Source: a virus
Lineage: Duplodnaviria; Caudoviricetes
Strand: one strand, 5' to 3'
DNA: 64,000 nucleotides
Virus record (IMG/VR): IMGVR_UViG_3300026432_000013
Span: 1 to 64,000 of that record
This document shows positions 54,454-63,907 of this stretch, one piece after another. Both the position numbers and the translations under genes were made by a program. Every line of letters starts with the position of its first letter. The first letter of the stretch is position 1. The notes under the pieces are model-generated. The model was not told the origin of the DNA. It did no database searches and saw only the letters and a list, made by a program, of their open reading frames with translations.

Positions 54454-55491
54454 ATGAGTAGAGCAATTACATCTGTAGACTTGGGGTTCATGTACACAAA
54501 TGCTATCATCAATGGTAAGCCAGCTGTAATCAAGTCGGTTGTAGGTGTTGGAAGAGATAGAAAGCTAAAGGAATTCAATAAGAGTGTAGCAGACTCCTTT
54601 GAAGTAGACCAAAAGCACGATGACATTGAGTATAGAAATGCAGACGGCACACACTTTGTATCAGACTTGGCAATATCTCAATCTAGAATCGTTAAACACT
54701 CCCTAACTGGTGACCGCTTTGATAGTGAGGTTACAAAAATACTACTAGGAACTGTTCTCGGTCTAGGTATGGGTGGTGGGTCGGTGGAAACTAACTTTGT
54801 ATCAGGGTTACCAGTTAGTCACTTTGACCAGTATAAGGAAGCTATTAAGAGCCTGTTTATGGATAACAAGCATGAGTACCATCTAGAGTCTTCAGGTATC
54901 AAAATCAATGGCTCAGTTAAGGGTAAGAAAGGATTATTCGTACCACAACCGTTTGGGGCTTTAATGGACAGAATACTGGATGATAAAGGTGAGATATCAG
55001 ACACTAACTTAGCTAAGTCGAGGGTAGCAGTAGTTGATATAGGGTTTGGAACTACAGACATCTACGTGTGTGAGGTCTTCAATAACATTGAGCATCTGAC
55101 TACTAGCTTCAGCGTTGCTATGAACTCTGTAAACCAAGTCGTCTCAGATAATATATTAGACCACACAGGAGTAAACTTCCCACTGTATAAGGCTGAACAT
55201 GTAGTTCAAAGCAGAGTACTGAAGTCTGGAACTAAGATATACGACATGGCTCCAACTATTGATTGGGCATGTGAGAACGTAGCTTATGACATCACTAATA
55301 GACTGCATAACTTTTGGAAGGATGAAATAAACTTCCTAGACAAGATAATATTTGCTGGTGGTGGAGGGGTTTCACTGTACCCTCATATGAAAGACCACTT
55401 CCCAAACCCAGAACTAGCTAAGAGCGGTCAGTTTGCAGTAGCTAAAGGGTATCACAAGTGGGGTGTGAGAAATCTGATTAGGGGTGTATGA
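54454..55491 (+). CDS. parM: ParM/StbA-family actin-like ATPase
   Basis: VDLGF..T phosphate 1, PQPFGA, VVDIGFGTTD phosphate 2, FAGGGG, QFAVAKGY. Confidence 0.88.
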   Translation: MSRAITSVDLGFMYTNAIINGKPAVIKSVVGVGRDRKLKEFNKSVADSFEVDQKHDDIEYRNADGTHFVSDLAISQSRIVKHSLTGDRFDSEVTKILLGTVLGLGMGGGSVETNFVSGLPVSHFDQYKEAIKSLFMDNKHEYHLESSGIKINGSVKGKKGLFVPQPFGALMDRILDDKGEISDTNLAKSRVAVVDIGFGTTDIYVCEVFNNIEHLTTSFSVAMNSVNQVVSDNILDHTGVNFPLYKAEHVVQSRVLKSGTKIYDMAPTIDWACENVAYDITNRLHNFWKDEINFLDKIIFAGGGGVSLYPHMKDHFPNPELAKSGQFAVAKGYHKWGVRNLIRGV

Positions 55492-55873
55492 TATGGCTGA
55501 TAAACAGTATACATTCAGAACAACTAAGTCTACAGAGTGGCTGGAAGACCATCTAAATGATATGAAGGATAGAAGCGGTTTTATCAGGGAGTGTGTATTA
55601 TTTGCAGTAGAGCATGACCCAAAGCTGGCACAGAGGTTATATGATAACATCACCTCAGAGATAATGTCACAGACTCCTATCAAATCACATCAGAGACCAG
55701 AAAACCCTAGCAAACCCAAGAAAAAAGTATCACATCAGAAGCCTCAGCTCCCAGTGTCAGATAAGAAGCCTGCACCTCAGATAAAAGAATCCAAGCCAAA
55801 GATACTTGTACAGCAGGACAAAGAGATAGACCTAGACAAGGCTTTGAGTGCAAATACTAAACAATTTCAATAG
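55484..55873 (+). CDS. ParR-like ribbon-helix-helix adaptor
   Basis: YTFRT..EWL...L....RSGFIRECV; flexible tail; coupled to parM. Confidence 0.65.
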   Translation: MYDMADKQYTFRTTKSTEWLEDHLNDMKDRSGFIRECVLFAVEHDPKLAQRLYDNITSEIMSQTPIKSHQRPENPSKPKKKVSHQKPQLPVSDKKPAPQIKESKPKILVQQDKEIDLDKALSANTKQFQ

Positions 55874-55884
55874 GAGGGATTTAC

Positions 55885-56019
55885 ATGGAGAAGAAACCAG
55901 TAAGCAATAAAGTGCTATACGTTGTGGGTGCAGGATTAGTTACAGCAGGTATGGTAACTATCAAGGTGTTGACATGGTCAGTTAACAAGGCAGTAGAAGT
56001 ACTCTTGGAGGTACAATAA
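55885..56019 (+). CDS. 44-aa membrane peptide (not in ORF track)
   Basis: SD AGGAGGG; TM VLYVVGAGLVTAGMVTI. Confidence 0.7.
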   Translation: MEKKPVSNKVLYVVGAGLVTAGMVTIKVLTWSVNKAVEVLLEVQ

Positions 56020-56020
56020 C

Positions 56021-56164
56021 ATGTTCTGGGTTAGGTTGGTTGGAAGTATATGTAAGTCGCTCTTGATAATGGGAGCTATTGAATATATAGCTCCTGGATT
56101 CTCATATCAAGTGGCTTACAAAACTGTAAAGGTGATAATGGGTATGTGGATGGGAGGACACTAA
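56021..56164 (+). CDS. 47-aa hydrophobic peptide (not in ORF track)
   Basis: SD GGAGG; abuts neighbours. Confidence 0.65.
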   Translation: MFWVRLVGSICKSLLIMGAIEYIAPGFSYQVAYKTVKVIMGMWMGGH

Positions 56165-56165
56165 T

Positions 56166-56366
56166 ATGAATGTACGCAAGATGGCATACTCTTGTATCTA
56201 TGTAGTTATCTCGTTAGCTGTACCAGAGTTATCTGGAAATGGTCTCAAGTTCATCGGTGGTATAATGGGTGGGATATTTGATGCAACGTTTGAATCTATC
56301 GGTGAGAAGGCTAGGGAAGAAATGATGTATGTGTTACCAGAATTTATGCAAGGATGGTTTAAATAG
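56166..56366 (+). CDS. 66-aa membrane peptide
   Basis: SD GGAGG; hydrophobic N-half. Confidence 0.7.
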   Translation: MNVRKMAYSCIYVVISLAVPELSGNGLKFIGGIMGGIFDATFESIGEKAREEMMYVLPEFMQGWFK

Positions 56367-56377
56367 GAGGGGTTAAG

Positions 56378-59119
56378 ATGAATGCACAACCAGAGGTTAA
56401 TATTGTTAATCCAACTACTAAGGAGAAGATACGTTTAGTAGAGAAAGAGGAAATACAGTATGTGACACTGGAGGTTATTCCTAGTAAGATGACGTCTAAT
56501 GCAGGAGTTAGGTGGCTTATAACAGAGTTTGCAACACTGTTCACTCCACTAAACAGACGTATCAACTTTGCAGGTGGTAGACTGGTCTACACTCCAGAGA
56601 TGAATATATGGTGGGAAGTAATAATACACAAAGGTCAGGTGAAGTTCTATCTGGTTATACCTGATAAAGACCACTTAAAGGATGCACTTACTAGGCAGAT
56701 AAGAAGATGCTGGAAACGTTCTACAGTAAGGGAGGTGAAAGACCCTCTGCCTAATCTTCATATGGACAATACTAGTGTCACCAAGATGTCCTTACAGAAT
56801 CATCCAGCGCTATCCTTGGATGTAGAGAACCCTAAGTATACTCCATTGGACTCTATCTTGACGACTACTAACTATCTCAAGGATGAGGATTATGCGATAC
56901 TCCAACTAGGGATGAGACCATTAGGGGAGTCTTGGAATGAGACTATGGTTGGAATCAGCGAAGATATCAAGGAAAAGAACACCATTCCTAAGAAAAAAGG
57001 TACGATGTTTACATCAAAAAACGTCTTGGTGGGCTTGGCTAACGTTGTGGGTCTTGTTCTTGAAGAACTTATGAACATAGTAGGTGATTTCCTCATACCT
57101 GGCTGGGAGATGAATAGTGAGTTCAGAGACTCACTAAAGAGAAAGGCACATGAGGGACGTTCTAAATCATCATTACGTAAGAAGTATAGTGAAGGATTCA
57201 AGATTAACTTTAATGCAGTAGCTGTATCCGAGGATGAAGATAGACGTAGAGCTATCACAAGAAGCCTTACAGCAGGTTTCCACCCTCTAGAAGGGGATAA
57301 TAAGATAGTGACGAAAGAAGTAGAGGGTAGAGACAAGGTGAAAGCCCTCAAGAATATTAGAGACCGTAAGATGGTTGTTAAGATGAATGGAGATGAGCTA
57401 TGCTCCCTAGAATTAGCTAAGATAATACAGGTACCAGACCAAGTGTTACAGTTAGAACACCAAGGAGAGTTAGACACTGTTCAACATAGAAGTTTAGCAG
57501 ATATACCTAAGGAGATATTTGAAGATGACGGTAAGGGTATACCGTTTGCGACATATGAAGACACAGATGGTGAAACTAAGACAGTATACTTCGCAGGAGA
57601 CAACCCTAACCTACTGTGTATGTCACGTGTGGTAATAGGAGAGCCAGGTAGTGGTAAGTCCACATTTGCAGCTAGCTTTGCACTAGATGCACTGGAGAAA
57701 GGTTATGGGTCTATGGTAGTAGATGCAGCAGATGGTAAATTGGCACAGAGGATACTGAATCTAGTTCCACCAGATAAGAGGGATAAGGTAAAGATAATAG
57801 ACTTGCTAAATTCAGAGAACCCTGTAGGGTTGGGCTGGAATGAAATATTCAGAGGTAGAAATACTGACGTTATTGAGGATTTAATTACTGAAGAGATTCT
57901 GTCATACGTTGAGCTTGTAGCAGGTACAGAACTAAGCATGACATCTAGAATCTGGGTTGAGAATGCTGTACGTGCAGTGTACACTACTCCAGATGCAACG
58001 TTACAGGATATAGAGAATATGTTGAGTAATGCAGAATATCGTGCTAGTGTTATTCCTCATATTGATGACCCAGAGTTGCGTAGTGACTGGGAATACTTCC
58101 ATGAGAAGATGTCTAAAGAGGACAGAAAAGCTATATATGAGCAAGCATTCAGACGTCTAGCAGTTGTAATGCGTAAGAAGGCTCTAAAGAGTTTCATACT
58201 TCAGAAGCCTAAAAAGGATGAGAATGGTGAATATCTAGTAGACTTCAGAAAGTGGATGGATGAAGGCTGTCTAGTATTAGTCAAGGCTAATGAAACACTA
58301 GGTGAAGAGAATCAGACCGCACTAGTATCATTCCTAATATCTAAGTTTAATTTGGCTATCATTAGTAGGGAAGATATTGAGGAGGAGGATGACCGTAAGC
58401 CATGCTTCATAGTACTAGATGAACCAGACCACTATATCAAAGGTAGTGAACGCTGGAGAAGTATGTTAACTCGTTATAGAAAGTATCGTTGTGGCTTAAC
58501 ATTTATGTTCCATGGATGGGAGCAGTTAAAAAAGGCGGATAGAGAGTTACCTAAGATGATACGTAAGGCTGGTCCACACTATGTTATATTCCAAACAGAT
58601 AGAGATAACTTGAAAGAACTGGAGTCTGTTATTCAACCAGAATTTAGCGTAGACCAAATATCAAAGGGTATGCCTAAGCACCATGCAATCGTCAAGCTAA
58701 AGATGTACAATAAGAAGGGTGAAGCTACTCCACCATTTATGGTTAAGGCTATTAACGAGCCTGAAAAGAGATACAAGAAATATGACAATAATGACTTATA
58801 CGATATAAATGCAAGGCTTATGGGAAGACCAAAACAGGAAGTGCTGAATGAGTTGTTCAGATACAAGAACAATGCCGAGTTCTCTGTCGAACTAGTAGAT
58901 GGAGAGGACAAAAAAGGCAAAACCCCACCAAAAAACACCCCTATTGAAATTGATGAAGATGAGCGTAGAGAACAACATGAAGAGGAACTGCGTACACTAG
59001 AGAAAGATGCTGGTGCACTAGTAACTAAGCTATTAGAGGATGGTGATGAGGAAGGTGCAGAGGAAATAATGGAATTACTAGAGGAAGTATTATCAGATGA
59101 TGGATTGGAGGAAGGTTGA
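56378..59119 (+). CDS. VirD4/VirB4/HerA-like (type IV coupling) ATPase
   Basis: Walker A GEPGSGKS, VVDAADG, Walker B FIVLDE, RKYR..L..MFH. Confidence 0.85.
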   Translation: MNAQPEVNIVNPTTKEKIRLVEKEEIQYVTLEVIPSKMTSNAGVRWLITEFATLFTPLNRRINFAGGRLVYTPEMNIWWEVIIHKGQVKFYLVIPDKDHLKDALTRQIRRCWKRSTVREVKDPLPNLHMDNTSVTKMSLQNHPALSLDVENPKYTPLDSILTTTNYLKDEDYAILQLGMRPLGESWNETMVGISEDIKEKNTIPKKKGTMFTSKNVLVGLANVVGLVLEELMNIVGDFLIPGWEMNSEFRDSLKRKAHEGRSKSSLRKKYSEGFKINFNAVAVSEDEDRRRAITRSLTAGFHPLEGDNKIVTKEVEGRDKVKALKNIRDRKMVVKMNGDELCSLELAKIIQVPDQVLQLEHQGELDTVQHRSLADIPKEIFEDDGKGIPFATYEDTDGETKTVYFAGDNPNLLCMSRVVIGEPGSGKSTFAASFALDALEKGYGSMVVDAADGKLAQRILNLVPPDKRDKVKIIDLLNSENPVGLGWNEIFRGRNTDVIEDLITEEILSYVELVAGTELSMTSRIWVENAVRAVYTTPDATLQDIENMLSNAEYRASVIPHIDDPELRSDWEYFHEKMSKEDRKAIYEQAFRRLAVVMRKKALKSFILQKPKKDENGEYLVDFRKWMDEGCLVLVKANETLGEENQTALVSFLISKFNLAIISREDIEEEDDRKPCFIVLDEPDHYIKGSERWRSMLTRYRKYRCGLTFMFHGWEQLKKADRELPKMIRKAGPHYVIFQTDRDNLKELESVIQPEFSVDQISKGMPKHHAIVKLKMYNKKGEATPPFMVKAINEPEKRYKKYDNNDLYDINARLMGRPKQEVLNELFRYKNNAEFSVELVDGEDKKGKTPPKNTPIEIDEDERREQHEEELRTLEKDAGALVTKLLEDGDEEGAEEIMELLEEVLSDDGLEEG

Positions 59120-59945
59120 TATGAAGGGTATCTATAAACGTCCAGAGGTGAAGCAGATAACTAGAGAGTGGGTTTATAATAACTGCAACAACATTACAGA
59201 GAGGGACATGGGGTTGCTAAGGTTACTGGCTGATAAGAGGGTGCTAAAGAGAGACCAGATACAACGTCTTTACCCAGAATTTGCTAGTACTGAGAGGCTT
59301 AACAATAGGCTGAAGATACTGTTCAACAAGCATGTGATAGATAGAATAGTTCCCCCTGTACCTTTGGGTCAGGGGAGTGCTCAACAGCACATATGTATTG
59401 ACAGGGCAGGAATAATATTACTGGATATGGAACGATACAGTAAGCCAATCAAGTATGACTCTAATGGTCAGCGAATACTAGTAGACGGGTTTCACCACAG
59501 AGTTGCCATTAACGAATGTGAATGCTTGATAAGGGAAATTCTTAGAGACCTAGAGGGAGAGATGATATATTATGAGACGGAAGAGAAGTGCCACTTTAAT
59601 GACAGTTTCATTAAGCCCGACATTGTTTGTGTATTTAAGTGTAAGGGTAAAGGATATGGATTCTGCATTGAGGTCGACATGGGTACGGAGAGGCTACCAG
59701 TTATCAAGAACAAGATTGACAATTACAAAGATTACTACGTGTCCAAACAGTGGGCTAAGAAAGAATGGGCTAAAGTATTCAAAAATCCTACGTTTCCACG
59801 TGTTCTATTGTTAACAAGGGATAAGTTCACTAAAAGGGTTAATGACATGAGACACTATACCCACGGCTCGATGGTTAGATTCTTGAGTGGCACACAGGAG
59901 GACTTCACAAGCATACTAAATTCAATATTAAAAGGTAGCCTGTAA
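59097..59945 (+). CDS. Replication-relaxation (Replic_Relax) family protein
   Basis: TERD..LL..L wHTH, HH, KPD, IEVDMGTE, KI..Y PD-(D/E)xK core. Confidence 0.85.
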   Translation: MMDWRKVDMKGIYKRPEVKQITREWVYNNCNNITERDMGLLRLLADKRVLKRDQIQRLYPEFASTERLNNRLKILFNKHVIDRIVPPVPLGQGSAQQHICIDRAGIILLDMERYSKPIKYDSNGQRILVDGFHHRVAINECECLIREILRDLEGEMIYYETEEKCHFNDSFIKPDIVCVFKCKGKGYGFCIEVDMGTERLPVIKNKIDNYKDYYVSKQWAKKEWAKVFKNPTFPRVLLLTRDKFTKRVNDMRHYTHGSMVRFLSGTQEDFTSILNSILKGSL

Positions 59946-59959
59946 TGGGCTACCTTTTT
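59930..59959. terminator. Bidirectional terminator at gene convergence
   Basis: AAAAGGTAGCC-N6-GGCTACCTTTTT. Confidence 0.8.
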
Positions 59960-59960
59960 G

Positions 59961-60809
59961 TTATGCATATAGTAGTCTCCCACATTTTCCACAAGTAGTT
60001 GGCTCTTGATTATCATAAGATATACCAAATGGTGGTTCTTCTGTGTGATACTCGGTAACGTTATGGTCTGGAAGGTCTATGATATTTACTCGTCTTCCCT
60101 TAACAAACGTATCCAACTTGGACAGTATCTCTGCTTTACATCTAGGCTGATAGATTTCATGTTCGTCCAGTAAGTAGTACTTCTGGATATGCTCCATGAA
60201 CTTAGGGTTAATCATCTGCCATCGGTCTACCATTGCCTCTAGGAATTCAATAGTGAATGCTGGGAAGTCTACTGTAATAGAGGATACCAGATTCTTATTC
60301 ATTTCCACTAGTTGTAATAAGTCTAATGGCTTCATTATGTGAGGGAAGTAGTCTACGTGACACGACACGAAAACCTTCCACGCTTTTGCTATGAACATCA
60401 TCTCCCTGATGTCTTTCATCTCGGAGGACTCCACCTGTACCAACTTCCGTGCAGAGTCATCTAGGGAATTAATAACAACCCTCAAAGTTGAGCGGTTCTG
60501 TTCGCCCATCTTCTTAACAAGGTAGGTAGGTATCGCCTTCCCTGTCTTTAGAATCACTGGTGTATTGTTATCAAGCACTAAGTTAATCTTCTCTTCCCAG
60601 TTCGTCACTAGGTGAGTAAAGTATATAGGGTTAGGTAGATCCAACAGTAAGTAGTCTTTAAGGTCACCTAGAGACATTCTATCTCCGCACACCGCATATG
60701 CGTGGTCATTGTGCTTAATGATTTTTTGATTATAGCAGTTACAAAAAGATACAGATATAGGACTTCTATTTACGGAGATAGGAGTCCTGATTATTTCATT
60801 GTTATTCAT
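59961..60809 (-). CDS. Hypothetical protein, possible degenerate SplB-like radical SAM barrel
   Basis: FCNCY, ILKT, INSLDD..RKL pattern; no complete CxxxCxxC. Confidence 0.4.
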   Translation of the reverse strand: MNNNEIIRTPISVNRSPISVSFCNCYNQKIIKHNDHAYAVCGDRMSLGDLKDYLLLDLPNPIYFTHLVTNWEEKINLVLDNNTPVILKTGKAIPTYLVKKMGEQNRSTLRVVINSLDDSARKLVQVESSEMKDIREMMFIAKAWKVFVSCHVDYFPHIMKPLDLLQLVEMNKNLVSSITVDFPAFTIEFLEAMVDRWQMINPKFMEHIQKYYLLDEHEIYQPRCKAEILSKLDTFVKGRRVNIIDLPDHNVTEYHTEEPPFGISYDNQEPTTCGKCGRLLYA

Positions 60810-60868
60810 ATGTCTTACCTCCTGAAACTTAATGAAAGGGTGTACCCTGCTTGGCACACCCTTTTATA

Positions 60869-61351
60869 TTACTGGTACGATTTCTTAAGATTCATAATCA
60901 GACGCATACGTGTGATAGAATCATTAGCGTAGTCTTTCCATTCTACATTACGCTCTGTTGCTAAGTCCTTCAGTGCCTCAAAGCTCATAGGCTTGAAGTC
61001 TGGCATATCTGCCGAATACTGGACAGGGTCTTTCTTCTTAGCTTCTGTTTTAGGTTTAGCAGGTGTACTAGCAGGTTTTTTCGGTGCTGGCTTGTCCGAC
61101 TTTGTTGCAGGCTTAGTTGTTGCTTTAGTCTCCTTAGGAGTTTCCACTACAACCTTCTTCTCTTTCTTACGTGGTGTTGGGATATTAGCTCCCTCCATAC
61201 GTGCCTTACACTGACCTCTTACATCACACTTCTGACATTCAGGTACACTCTCATCATGTGCAATACCAAAACAAGTACTTTCTTGTAACGCTTCTAATAA
61301 TTTTGAGTCTATATTTCCAAAGAAACTCATAACTACATTTCCCCCATTCAC
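60869..61351 (-). CDS. Cys-rich N-domain, Lys/Pro linker, single helix-extended-helix-like repeat
   Basis: CFG...CQKC...C; SFEALKDLATERNVEWK...ITRMRLIMNL. Confidence 0.75.
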   Translation of the reverse strand: MNGGNVVMSFFGNIDSKLLEALQESTCFGIAHDESVPECQKCDVRGQCKARMEGANIPTPRKKEKKVVVETPKETKATTKPATKSDKPAPKKPASTPAKPKTEAKKKDPVQYSADMPDFKPMSFEALKDLATERNVEWKDYANDSITRMRLIMNLKKSYQ

Positions 61352-61410
61352 ATGTAATCACTTATAAAAGAAGTGATTTATTTGATTTTTTCTCCTAAAC
61401 TGCTATCTCT

Positions 61411-62058
61411 CTAGTACTGTAATGCCAACGGTGCTTTCTCCCTAATCTCTTGCATTACGTTGTCATACTGCTTACCTGTTAACCCTAAAGCTCGTTGTAT
61501 ATGTTTCATTCTAACTGTTGTGTCCTTAGGGATGTTAATACGTTTGCCCTGTGATTTAAGCATGTTCTTACGTGCAGTATCAGCCCATACCTGGAATAGT
61601 GTTGCTTCACTAGGCTCAATAAGTTCTTCTAGGAACTCTCTTGATATCTCACTTAGCATATCCTTTAGCTTCTCCATGCCATTATCTCGGTACATTCTTT
61701 CTACTACATCATAGCCTTTGCTGTCTTCTATGTTTGTAAACGCATCTTCTAAGTCTATGTAGGTAAACTTGCTCCCTCCACCTTTGTTGTCCATTTGTCT
61801 GTATAGAGACTTACGGAAGATAGGAGCAAATTCGTCCATGTCTTTATTCTCACCCACGCACCACTTATCCCAGCAATCATACAACTTAATCATACCTTCT
61901 TGATACAAATCCTCTGCCGATAACATACCGTCCAATGTACTGTTCTGTGCTTTTTGTCTTGCTGCATACTTCACTAAGTTGTTGAACTGCTTGACTACTG
62001 CGTCCCAAGATAATTTAAGTGCTTCACCGTTTCTACATAGCTCGTTAGACATATTCAA
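61411..62058 (-). CDS. Phage sigma-factor-like protein (SPO1/Twort late type)
   Basis: FNNLVKYAA..AEDLYQEGMIKL region 2; C-terminal HTH. Confidence 0.75.
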   Translation of the reverse strand: MNMSNELCRNGEALKLSWDAVVKQFNNLVKYAARQKAQNSTLDGMLSAEDLYQEGMIKLYDCWDKWCVGENKDMDEFAPIFRKSLYRQMDNKGGGSKFTYIDLEDAFTNIEDSKGYDVVERMYRDNGMEKLKDMLSEISREFLEELIEPSEATLFQVWADTARKNMLKSQGKRINIPKDTTVRMKHIQRALGLTGKQYDNVMQEIREKAPLALQY

Positions 62059-62079
62059 TTTTCCCCCAATTAGATATAA

Positions 62080-62358
62080 TTACTTCACGTTAATAATACG
62101 TTTGCCAACATCTTGTAAAGCTTTCCCCATCATTAGGGCTTGGCGACCTGTCATCATAAATCCCTTACCAGGTACCCACTCACCGTCCCTACTCTCTCTC
62201 CACCACTTTTGAGCTGAAATACGAATGCCTAAGTTTTCATCCCTAACCATTAGTACTCTCAACTTCTGTGTGCTGGAGATAGGGATTGACAAACAATCCT
62301 CTAGAATCTCAGCCTTTAACTCAGGTTTGTACTCTTGTACCTTCTTGTTGTTTTCCAT
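62080..62358 (-). CDS. PC4/YdbC-like ssDNA-binding protein
   Basis: LRV...ISAQKWW....EWVPGKGF. Confidence 0.6.
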   Translation of the reverse strand: MENNKKVQEYKPELKAEILEDCLSIPISSTQKLRVLMVRDENLGIRISAQKWWRESRDGEWVPGKGFMMTGRQALMMGKALQDVGKRIINVK

Positions 62359-62530
62359 AATACCCTCTCCTTTTGGCTCTGGCTAACTGCCACTCGTTGG
62401 TGGCGTTGAATTCATTTTTGCAATTTTGACACCTTTTGTCAATCTCTCTTTCCTAGGGGTGGGGGAGACCCGATGTTCCTAGCTCAAGAGTAATAAAAAA
62501 GAAGAGGGGAAAACCCTCCCCTCTCCTGAC

Positions 62531-63223
62531 CTATTTAGGTAATTTACCTGCTTTCTTTAGAGCCATTATTGCGTTCATACGGTCAATTGGATTATTGTTA
62601 GTCTTCTTCACGTCTAGTTTATTAGCAGCTACCATTTTGAATAAATCCTCTGTAGACAGGTCACCATATTTGGCTTTCTTTTTCTTACCCTCTTTAGGCT
62701 TAAACATCTCTGGGAAGAAGAAGCGTTGCATAGCCATTGAGATTCTCATACGATGGATATTAGCATGTTCTGTTTCTGTCCACGTTAGACCTAGTGCCTT
62801 AGCAAAGTACTCTACCGTTTGAGTATCAATGTCTTTATACCAATCCTTAAACTCCTTCAGTGCCTTAAATTCTGGTATAGCTTCTAAGATTTCCTCTTTA
62901 GTGTTGACAATATCCTCGGTTCTTACATAGTTTATTGGTTGTGGCTCATCATCCTCTTCCTCTACCGTTCCTACTTCCTCTTCCACTTCCTTAGCAATAG
63001 CTTCATCCGTCTTAGCTTTAAAGTTATCCCATTGCTCATCTTCAGTCTCAGCCTTGATACCATCACCCACCATCTCTGTATTTACTAGTTTTACCTTACC
63101 TTCTAGTGCGCCACCCTCTTGAATATCACGTTTTAACACCTTTGGTACATTTAGTACTGCTGCTACAGCCTTTAAGTCTGGCACGTATTGTCCTTCTACC
63201 TCATACATTTGTTGATTAGTCAT
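62531..63223 (-). CDS. Long member of the tandem helix-extended-helix-like family
   Basis: IHRMRISMA, KKKKAKYGDL, IDRMNAIMALKKAG; N-domain resembles 19399..20229. Confidence 0.85.
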   Translation of the reverse strand: MTNQQMYEVEGQYVPDLKAVAAVLNVPKVLKRDIQEGGALEGKVKLVNTEMVGDGIKAETEDEQWDNFKAKTDEAIAKEVEEEVGTVEEEDDEPQPINYVRTEDIVNTKEEILEAIPEFKALKEFKDWYKDIDTQTVEYFAKALGLTWTETEHANIHRMRISMAMQRFFFPEMFKPKEGKKKKAKYGDLSTEDLFKMVAANKLDVKKTNNNPIDRMNAIMALKKAGKLPK

Positions 63224-63376
63224 CCTTCAACATCTCCTTTATACTCAATTTGGTTTTGGTTGATTGCTCAACTCTTGATTTCATTTTTCCCGTCCTCTCA
63301 GAAAAAATAAAGAGACAAGCCAGTAGGAAAAGTAACCCATTTTCCCTATCAAGCTTGTCTCATCTTATCGAATAGG

Positions 63377-63907
63377 TCACAGACTGTAAGCCTTGATGAC
63401 GTCTTCCTTAGAAACATTGGCGATTAATTTATCCAACTCACAGATAACTCTTGCTTCTAATCCTTCTTTGTGTACCACGAAATTATTGAATGCGTTAAGC
63501 TCAAGTATACCATCGGTAATAGCATCAAAGTCAGCTCTAGTCATCATCACATAGTCCGTATCAAAGTTCTTGCTGAAGATAACCATAGGCTTCTTATCTA
63601 TTTTTGCAGCATCCCTAATACATTGTGTCCACCATTCTTCCATCTCACCAGTATTCTTTAGGAACTGCTCTAAAGACCATCCCTCACGCTTCTTACACTC
63701 AATAGTAAAAGGAAATATTGAGTCAGGTGGTGTTACAATATCACCAGTAACTCGGTTATCCTTTTTCCACTGTAATCCACCACTAGCAGGAGTGCGTTGG
63801 AACTGTTCACCCCACCAAGAGCCTAGAGCCTTAGCAATCTTACGCTCATACTCTGCACCCTTGTTTTTACTATTAATACCCTTGCCACCTGTCTTAGCCA
63901 TTTTCAA
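63377..63907 (-). CDS. Holliday junction resolvase (Hjc-like PD-(D/E)xK)
   Basis: KGAEYER, RTPASGG, GDIV, IECKK. Confidence 0.88.
   Translation of the reverse strand: MKMAKTGGKGINSKNKGAEYERKIAKALGSWWGEQFQRTPASGGLQWKKDNRVTGDIVTPPDSIFPFTIECKKREGWSLEQFLKNTGEMEEWWTQCIRDAAKIDKKPMVIFSKNFDTDYVMMTRADFDAITDGILELNAFNNFVVHKEGLEARVICELDKLIANVSKEDVIKAYSL

Noticed and set aside
53965-59945. Window is a plasmid or ICE
   Set aside because: The island is embedded among terminase, phage replication and phage sigma genes, and lacks a full T4SS, a Rep initiator or an integrase
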